A stretch of DNA of 64,000 nucleotides from Selaginella moellendorffii (Eukaryota; Plantae; Lycopodiophyta), in contig NW_003314283.1 in assembly GCF_000143415.4 (NCBI RefSeq), positions 1,726,330 through 1,790,329 on the forward strand, written 5' to 3'. The notes beneath the pieces were generated by a model, which saw only the letters and a list, made by a program, of their open reading frames with translations, did not search any database and had not been told where the DNA came from. Below are positions 55,201 to 64,000 of this stretch, piece after piece. The stretch's first letter is position 1. Every line of letters starts with the position of its first letter. The position numbers and the translations under genes are program-made.

Positions 55201-57846
55201 AGTTGTACTCGACAACGCATTTGCCCTTGGAGTCACCCGCTATTGCGTTGAAGACCCAGCTGAGCATTTCCCATGCTGCACCTGGAGCTTTCTTTGGATT
55301 CGAAAGCTCCATAGCCGTCTTCAGTTCCTCAGGCACGGGTAAATTGACCTCCCTCAGATCAATTCGATTGGCCTTGTCAAACGAAGTTGGGAAGTCACTC
55401 CAGTCCCACTCTTCTGCAGGACCAATAACAAGGGCGAGTGTGAAGATGCGGACATTCGTCGGTATCTTCTTCTTAGCCATTATCCCATGGATCTCCCACA
55501 TCTCCTTGCCTTTCAACCGAGCCTTCACCTCGTTCAAGGCCTTTCAGAACTTGTGATAGGATTCGGAGTCGTAGATCATATAGTGGACTGAAGATTCCAC
55601 CTCCGCAAGTCCCACCATTAAGTCAATGATGGAGCTGACTTCGTCTGCATGAGTGATCTCTTCGTTTGTGAAGTCCATCACACAAAAGATGTTCTTGACC
55701 TGCTCATCTCCGCGGGAAACGATGCTCCTCCACCTTTGATCCTCATCCGAATTCACGTATACCCGGTAAGGTTCTCGATAGGCCTCTGCTGCGGGGTCGA
55801 GTTGTTTCTGAAGCCGGCGGTCGACATCCCTCTTAATGAAATTTGGATACTGATCCAACTTCTCAGCTTTACTTTTCGTGGCATCCCGCAACAGATCGAT
55901 GAACTTGGGGGCCCCCTTCACGTACTCGTCGATGTCTTCATTTGACAACTCCAGCTCTTCCATCATCTCTTGCGTGGTGTCGATGCTCACCCTCTCCACG
56001 GCCACTTGCTCGAAGATCCAATCCTTCAATAGCGCACGAGCTCTCAAAGTTGTGCATAAGTCCTCGTATGTCACAATATGGCCGGGAGTCATTTTTGTCT
56101 TGTTGAAGACTACCTCACCACGTAGAAGAGCATTAGCCACTATCAGAAAATCGTCGTCGTCTAGAGACCGCGAGAAACGCAAGGCGTTGAGCTTCAAATC
56201 ATTGGGCTTCCGGCCGTCCTCCACACCCATTGAGTTTAGCAACTCCCTGTCATGGTACCTCCTCAACACATCTACCCATTTGTCAAAAACAACTTTTGTC
56301 GCGAGTAGAATGTTATGGATGCTGAGTGTGTCATTGACCCCCAGTGTTTTCGAGAGAAGACTCGAGAATTCCTGCAATGGAAATGGCGTGAGGCCACATG
56401 CTATGCCACATACAACGAGGCTTACCTGCCAGGCCCTAGTTGCTAGTGCACGTCCTTGTCCTGGTTTTTGTGGCTTCTTCAGTTGAACCCAGAGCTTCCG
56501 TGTTCGTGCCAATGTCTCGTGCAGACCCGATTTGTAGCACGTTTCTTGCTTGACATTCTGTGCGTGGGAGATGTATATGATAGATCGGAGGGGCGAGTTG
56601 CCTTTTATCAGGCGGACAACTCTTGTCTTGAAGACTTTCTTCACCTCCTCGCCCACCATAATATCCACAACTATCTGTTGCATCGCCAAGCTAGAATGCT
56701 GCCTGCAGACGGCATAGAACCGGATGTTCTGATCGTCCAACACCTTCCTATTGATCAAGTCTGGAAACCTCGTCTCGCCCTTCATTGTTCGGTAGTAGGG
56801 GATCACGTCTGCGATGTCGGGTGTTACTGGACTTGCTAGCATCTTCTACTTCAGTTTCTCCACCCACTCATCAGATACTAGCCTGTGGTTGTATTTGCTT
56901 TGGATGTCGATACGGCTCACGTCCATTGTATATACTTTGTTGGAATAGTAACAAGTACTATTATCTGCGACGATTTTTGCTGCCTCTTCTTGCTCTTTCT
57001 GCTCTTTGCGGCTCTTCTTTTTGGTGGGTGTAGTGTTCGAACCCGAGGCAATGGCATCACCGAGTAGCTTCTTTTTTGGAGCAGCAGAGTCGGACTTCGG
57101 CTTGAGCTTGACCACCCTTTTCTGCTTCGGGGTAGTTTCCAGATCGACCCCCTTCCCCTTCGCTTTGCGAATTGGAGGCACTCTCAACGGCTCAATGTTG
57201 GAATATAGTTTTTGAACATCGCCGTAGGTGAGGTCCGTGGTTTCCATGTGATCTTCATAGACCCGCAGCGTCTTTGAAATTGTGGGCCTCCTGGACAACC
57301 TCTCCCTAGCTCCCTATAGGAATTCCTCATAGCCGCTGCCCCCCTCCGGGAAGCCGCTAGGATGTGCAAGGTGGATCTTGAAGGCGGACGCTGTCTGTAC
57401 CACAAGTGCCAGTCCATATTCTTGCATGGAACTGCATGGAGTGTTTGTCACTTGGATGAGGATCCCCATGCATTCTTTTCTCCCACCATCTGTGTTGTAC
57501 AGCATCAGATCCTTGCCTTCCATCCTGAAAGTCCAACTGGTGAGCTCCTCCCCCTTCTCTGCATCCACATTGACAGTGGCTGGAAGAAGAACGCAATTCC
57601 TCGCCTGTTCAAAAATGCACAACAATTAGAGCTGACAGATGAAAAGCTAGCAGCTGGAAATAACGTGAGGCCACACGCCATTCACCACTGCATCAGATGT
57701 CTTGAGGCTGCATCCTAAGATGGCGTGAGGCTACACGCCATCTGTAACCGGACTGCACTCGAGAGCCCAATCGGTGCATGCCAATGTTGCTACTGAATGG
57801 CATGTGGCCTCATGCCATTTTCTACTTGGCCTAAAAGACTTACCAT
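52250..57846 (-). pseudogene. 11-exon, ~1639-aa gene: ParB/Srx-like domain, degenerate N6/N4-methyltransferase-like fold, acidic linker, FCP1/NIF HAD domain; 3 in-frame stops
   Basis: Exons 57846-57844, 57604-56426, 56371-55063, 55012-54938, 54899-54810, 54760-54617, 54569-54003, 53945-53931, 53881-53774, 53726-53139 and 53091-52250 join in frame via GT-AG introns (4920 nt). HAD motifs VFDLNGVL, GVWTS and LIIDDSPIK are clear; the ParB and MTase calls are weaker. Confidence 0.75.
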
Positions 57847-59460
57847 TTGAAGCCGAATGGAGGCCGTGACAATCGAGGCCGGACTCGCTAGCGAATGTGC
57901 ACTGTGTGTGCAGCGGATCGTAGCAGCAAGGCTACTCTGCCACTTACAGTTGGAGAGTGGCGCTGAAATCTCCCGGGACGCCAAGTGGGCTGCGTGTGGG
58001 TGGCGGAGTGGGCGGCGGAGTTGGCGGCGAAGTTACAAACTGGGTGTGTCTTGAAGTGGACGCCGATGCACACGAGCGCGATGCGAGTGCGAGTGTGATG
58101 CAAGCGCGAGTGGACGCCGATGCACACGAAAAACCTGTAGAGAAGTGAGCGTGACCGCGAGTGGGAGCGCAATGCGAGCGGGAGCGCGAGTGTGCGAGCG
58201 CGAGTACGAAGCAAAATGCAAAACCTAACCTCACACGCGCGAAATGTCACAACGGTTGGTAATCCCGCCACATCATCATTCCTCGGACTTGGGCGCCACC
58301 ATTAATTTCTGGATTGCCGCGCGCATGCAAGCACGCAAAATCCAAAAGAAATCCGCAACGTCATCATTCCTCGGACTGCATGCATGCGAAATCCAAAAGA
58401 AAGATCATGATTGGGATATCATTTAATACCCTCGCTATATTTATACCATGCATGATTGGATATTCCAAAGCATCTTGTATTTCCAAAAATGGCAGATGTT
58501 CAGCTAAATAAAGAAATTCTATCTGTTTCTATTTTTCTCTCAAATCAATATTATAGCGTGTGGGCTCATGCAATTTTGAACCAAAGAAACCCAAAAAACG
58601 TTGGACCCAAAATATTTTGAAAAAACCCAGAAAACCCTAAACATTTTAAACCCAAAAATCCAGGCGTCCTGTGGCGTTATTCCTTGAATGGCGTGTGGGC
58701 ACATGCCATTTTCAGGGCCAAATGCTGAATGGAGAAAAATTCCCTTTCAGTGCAAATGCTGCAAGAGGCAGATGCCGAGCACAAAGGACTGTAACTACCT
58801 CACATGACACAGATAAACTTTTCTCTATTTGGCAAAGATAAACTTTATAGCGTGTGGGCTCATGCAATTTTGAACCCAAAAAATGCACCAAAAAATGCTC
58901 GGCGTCATTTGGCATTATCTCTTGAATGGCGTGGGGCCGCAATGCCATCCCAGTGAATATGTTGAATGGCGTGGGGCCGCATGCCATTTTCAGGGGCACA
59001 TAGGAGTATATTCCTAGGATATTCTGACATGTGCGAGATGTTTTTGAGTTTTCTGGAGATCCAACCGTTAGATCGCAACTAGATTTTACAGAATGTTATA
59101 CAATGTTTTTTTTTATGAGCCTGCTAAGAAGCATCTCGATCGGACACCACATGAGACCACACGAGCCTTACAATGTTTCAGGGGCATTTGCCATAGATCC
59201 GACCGTTATTTTGCTCCAAGATTTTACAGTTTGGTGTGCATTGACCTTTCCATCGACACTTCAAAGGGACATCACAATCAGATGCGGGATCACAAGAAAC
59301 TAACTTCACTAACTCTGGTTTCACCAAGATCTACGTAAGGAGTTTTGAAATGAAAGGACCCTCTCTATTGAAATGTGTTTATGGTCCTAGGGGCATTGTG
59401 ACATATCAAAGGATTTTGCATCAAGTTCTGTATTTGCATGTTTATCAAGCTACTGAATTG

Positions 59461-59494
59461 CTAAACCCTAAACCCTAAACCCTAAACCCTAAAC
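59461..59494 (+). repeat. Interstitial plant telomeric repeat (CCCTAAA) x~4.5
   Basis: CTAAACCCTAAACCCTAAACCCTAAACCCTAAAC. Confidence 0.9.
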
Positions 59495-60788
59495 ATGTGG
59501 CAAATGCTGCGTGAAGAAAGATGCCCTTTTTGGGCAAATGCTGTAAGAGGCAGATGCCGAGCAGATGTATCTCAGGCTAGCGAAGGGGACAAACGAAAGT
59601 TAGCTATAAACATGACGGGATGCAAATAGATTACTAGGCTGGTCCTGCGAAAATCAAAAACCATAATTGAAAACATTGAAAATGCAAAAAGAAAGGTTTA
59701 TAATATTTTTGAATTTTAAGCAACCAAAGGAATCTAAGTAGGGCATGTGTTTGTAAGTTTAAAAATGCCTCAACCACTTAAATTCCCAAGTAAATAAAGC
59801 TGTTTCTATTTTTGGTACAGGTAAACTTTGTAGCGTGTGGGCTCATGCAATTTTGAACCCAAAAATGCACCAAAAAATGCTCGACTAGCATTATTCTTTG
59901 AATGGCGTGTGGCCTTATATTGCCATAAATGGACGTACACACACAGCATAATTATTCCTTTACATGGCGAATAATCTTGGCGCGGATCGCTGACATGGCA
60001 TGGCAAAGTTCGAATCACTGACATGGCACAGCTGGATCGAGGCAAGGACATGATGTGACAAAGTTCAACCTCCGACAGCAAAGTCTAGAAGCTACTCAGT
60101 TTGAAATTTGTCAGAGGAATCATAAAATCTGGTTTGTCAGAGGATTTGATGTGACGTTCAAGCGTGTGTTATTTTTGAATTCTCGAACTCATTCCTAGGT
60201 CTATCATTTTTGTGCGTCGTGTTCTTGGTTCCGCTGAGCGCAGTGAGCGCTGCTTGTGTAAGCGGCGTTGTGGGCTGTGGTTTATGCGTCTACGAGCGGT
60301 TGCGGCATTGCGAGCGCCATTGCGAGCGGCAGTTTATGCGAGTGGCAGTTTGTGCGAGCGGCGCTACGAGCAGTTGCGGTGTTGCGAGCGGCGCTACGAG
60401 TAGTTGCGGTGTTGCGAGCGGCACTGTCTTTGGTGTGGCTACCGCTTCCTCTTGAGATTCGGCACTTGTGCTTCCTGGTATGTTCACCATGGAATGGCTT
60501 AGGACCACATTTAGAAATGGCATGAAGCCACATGCCATCTTGGGCCCTTGCAATTTCATGGCTAGTGTATTGTCATATATGTTTTTACTTGTCTGCAGCT
60601 GTGTGTATATCAAGATGGCATGAGGCCTCATGCCAATTTTGTGAATGCGAAATTTCACGTGGGTGTCAATAGCATGTTTGAATAATGGCATGTGGCCTCA
60701 TGCTATTGAGGTTGTTTGGTATGTTATGATTTAGGCCATTCTCCAATCATTTTTTGTATGGTTTTAACTTCTTTTTTGCACTTTCAGA

Positions 60789-63700
60789 ATGGCCTTCAGG
60801 GTTGGGGAAAAGGTTTACATTTTGAATTGTGGGAAGAGAGTTACAAAAGGGACCCTTGTGTCTATGGATCGAAACTTTGTTATACACTGTCAAAGGCTTG
60901 GGGAAGGCAATGCTGCTGTATCAGTAGAGACTGTCTTCGATGGGAATGTGGTCGCTATTGAACGAGGAGAGATGGTCGTTGGGGTAAATGTTGTTGTTGC
61001 CTTGAAAAATCTTCAGAAGAAAGCAGATGTTGGGGACAGCGCAAGTGCGACGCATGTTCCCTCCGTGGATCTTAAGAACCGTGCTACATGGATTTAGGCG
61101 AAAGTGTTTCTAAACAACCCCGAGGGGGAGGTGGTAGCTGAGGGCTTAGCCACAGTTGTCGATCCAAGAGATGCGGTTGCTAATCAAGAATTGGGCTGGG
61201 ATGATATTGGAGTTGCGATTTTAGAGGTTGTTGACACAGAAGAAAACAGTCTGACTATTGGAAGCATTGTGCGGTGGAAATTGAGGCACTTAGTGTTTGA
61301 GAATGTGAAGGATTCACAATCAAACACCACTACAACTGATGACAGAACATCTCTTCATGGGAAAAGAAAGTACACCTTCCTAAAGCGCAGCCAAAGGGAT
61401 CTGAGCAACGAACCGAAAAGGTAGAAAATGGCGATGGAGGTTCGAATGGTCTCGACAGTTGCTTGTTGCAAGAGGAGGTGCTGTCAACATGCTGATTGGG
61501 ATGCTATTGAAGAGGAGAGAGCAAGATACAAGACATTGTCCTGGAAGGTAGCTCGCAATTTTATGTATGAGGCATTACGGTCATCTGTTGATGCTTCAGA
61601 ACATCAGGTGGGGGGCATGGTCTTCCAGAGGGGTTTGGTCTGCATGAAGGCATGGAGAATCATTTATGGAGTCCCTCGAACCACATTCTACAGAATCAAA
61701 ACTGAGTTCGAGGAACAAAGGGTTCAACAGGCAGTCCATGGGAACGACGGTACGCACAAAACCAGGGGTCATGTTGTATATGGAGAGGCAATCTTCAAGA
61801 GGTTTGTCGAGACATGTAGCGAGCAGCAACCACATAAAACCCGCCTCTTGGAAGATGGAACACGAGACACCCAACGAGTTCTCCCTTCCATGTATACCAA
61901 GGGGGCCATATTGGAAGATGTGAATCGGGAACTCCAGAGTAATGGCTACAGGAAGCTGAGCCAATCTAGATTTAGTAGATTGTGGAGCAACAGGTTCAGG
62001 GATGTGAGTATAGGAAAGTACTCCAGCTTTTCAAAGTGTGACGAGTGCACTGCTATCAAAATGGCTTTGTCGAAGAATTCTTGCAGCGCTCAAGAGCGAG
62101 AGACGTTGGTTAGAAGGCGGCTCGACCACAACATCGAGCAGAGAAACTGCAGGACTGCATATTATCATAACAGGATTCTCTCCATGGAGAGACCTGACTC
62201 TTACCTCTGCATCATCCACGACAAAATGGACCAGAAAAAGACGTGCTTACCTCGACTCAATCCTGCCCCCAAGGCAATCTCTTCATCCATGCAGCTGCCT
62301 GTGTCTCTGTTTGGCATAATCGCTCATGGGCATGGTGCCCAGAACTATGGGAACTTCTTTGTACCTCTATGGGGTGGCGGGGGTGCAAACATGATGATTG
62401 CGTCCCTAGCAAAACACTTAAGGTCTCTGCAAAGTGTGCAGACTGAGCTGAACGGCCAACCCTTGCATAAGGCCCTTGTCGATCGAACCCCATACAGGGT
62501 TCAACTGGAGGAGGAGCAAAGGCTTGCAGTATCGCGTGGGGCCCCATGCCATCCCAGTGAATATATTGGCTGTCAGATTGTAGGGTTATCACGTGAGGCC
62601 TCATGCCATTTCGACGAGGCTGGTCGCCCGGTGAATGCACAGCCTCATCCAAACGAAGTAGAATCTCAAGGAAGTTCTTGCGGCCGATGTGGCCTTCCAC
62701 CCCATCTACTGCTCCAAACAGACAATGCTGGCAGTGAGAACAAAAATATGTATGTCTTCGTGTACTTGGCGATGCTTGTTGCCAAAGGCATATTTGAAAC
62801 GGTTACACTTGGCTTTCTCATGGTTGGGCACACTCATGAAGACGTCGATGCCATGTTCAGTCACCTGGCAGAGTCCCTCCGGTGATCCAATGTCCTCACC
62901 CTCCCACAACTCTACGATGAATTCCAAAATTGCATCAAAGGCACTGTTGAAGCTGCACTTCTGACAGAGGTCCCAGACTTTAAGGGGTTTTTAAGAGGCT
63001 ACATCAGGGACGGATCCGAAACGCTGATCGGCCACTCCAAGCCTCTTCAGTTTCATTTCAGCATGTGTGACGATGCTCCAGTGATGAGGTACAAGATGAG
63101 AGAATGGGACACAGTGTGGCTGCCAGTGGACAGCATTGAACTCTTCAAGAGAGATCCCATAACTGGGGAACCTATGATTCCTCAGGGTTCCCTATGGCCG
63201 ATGCACCCGGATGGACTCAAAGACCAGGAAAGTATAGTGGCCGGGATTAGACAGCATATTGCCTTCTGGAAGAGGGGGTTGGTGTTTGGTGGAGAATCCT
63301 ATTTTCAGAGGTGCAAGCCTTTGCTCGAATACTGGGAGAAGATTATATCTGCTATCCAAAATGGGCCGGTTGTATATGAAGAATTGGAAGAGTCCTTTTG
63401 GCCAGAACCCAGAGCACCAGATAGTAGCGGAACAATGTCCTCTGGAAATGCAGTGACAGATAACGATGTTGAGGATCACTATTGTGGGCCGAGGAACAAG
63501 AAGCCGGATTCAGCATTCAATCCAGTACAGGTCTGCAAAGGAATGGTCGTGCTTGTCAGACCCAGTAATAAAAAACAAATGATATGGGTGGGGCGCTGCA
63601 TCACTGATGCAGAGGAGGACACGGAAACTAACTCCTTCAATGTAACTGTGGAGTGGTTCAAGCCAAGTTCCGGATATACGAAGGATTGCCTAGAAAAGAG

Positions 63701-63930
63701 ATGGGTGCTGAATCCAAGGGATCCCAGCATGAGCATATCGGTGGATAATGTTGTGCATGGTTGGATGCGGAAGCAGAGTGCCACCATCACCTTGCCAGAC
63801 CATGCAAGAGATGCAGCAAGAGCATTCATAACCCGGGTTCAAGGTGAGATTCATTAATATTCCTTTACTAAGTTTCTAATGTATTTTATTTCAAGGTGAA
63901 CAATCCGAATCTGAATCAGAGGAGGTGTGA
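60789..63930 (+). pseudogene. Sola-like DDD transposase (~1029 aa) with two N-terminal Tnp1/En/Spm-like repeats; 3 in-frame stops
   Basis: One frame 60789-63843 plus a last exon 63896-63930. Motifs FSKCDEC, IHDKMDQKKTCLP, LQTDNAGSENKN and FLMVGHTHEDVDAMFS. Stops at 61095 (TAG), 61422 (TAG) and 62883 (TGA). Confidence 0.8.
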
Positions 63931-64000
63931 TGGCATGTGGCCTTACGCCATTCCTAGGTGAGATGATACAAATAACAAGTATAAATTCTTAGTTGTTCTA

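Larger units (their letters stand above)
52173..63951. repeat. Dispersed 22-bp palindrome ATGGCRTGNGGCCNCAYGCCAT, 23 copies
   Basis: Starts at 52173, 53250, 53325, 54579, 54770, 54911, 56383, 57660, 57720, 57797, 58553, 58688, 58847, 58926, 58966, 59830, 59902, 60517, 60615, 60685, 62531, 62588 and 63930 (some degenerate). Confidence 0.93.
52170..64000. mobile_element. Large two-gene DNA transposon (Sola-like transposase plus a divergent accessory gene); termini not identified and probably extends past the window
   Basis: Transposase-like ORF on +, large multi-domain gene on -. Both have C-to-T-type nonsense codons. A 22-bp palindrome is confined to this interval. Confidence 0.75.

Noticed and set aside
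52173-63951. Palindromic repeats as a CRISPR array
   Set aside because: Spacing is irregular (40 bp to >1.8 kb), copies lie in introns and exons, there are no cas genes, and the context is eukaryotic.

Overview
Eukaryotic land-plant genomic DNA. The very compact gene spacing, ~45-65 bp introns, PLS-class PPR gene and chromovirus suggest a lycophyte such as Selaginella (inference only). There are three zones. (1) 1-11.7 kb is a retrotransposon nest: Copia relics, a young full-length chromodomain Ty3/gypsy element (2740-10220, ATAAG TSD) whose integrase is split by an apparent 47-bp spliceosomal intron, and older LTR relics. (2) 11.9-44.1 kb is a dense block of host genes: a conserved unknown protein, a USP-domain cytoplasmic kinase, DnaJ, PPR, CPL1/2-like phosphatase, ETF-beta, CDKG-like kinase, a 72-aa gene missed by the ORF track, AXR4, PSRP5, a zinc-ribbon protein, PRP8 and PP2A-B'. 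Some same-strand genes lie only ~30 bp apart. (3) 44.4-64 kb holds TE debris, a solo LTR (47351-49041), an assembly gap, and from ~52 kb a large two-gene divergent DNA element. One gene is a Sola-like DDD transposase. The other is an 11-exon, ~1640-codon gene with ParB-like, degenerate amino-methyltransferase-like and FCP1/HAD domains. The element carries 23 copies of a 22-bp palindrome (ATGGCRTGNGGCCNCAYGCCAT), many inside its introns. It is the best candidate here for an undescribed system. All domain calls are motif recognition by eye; no database search was run.
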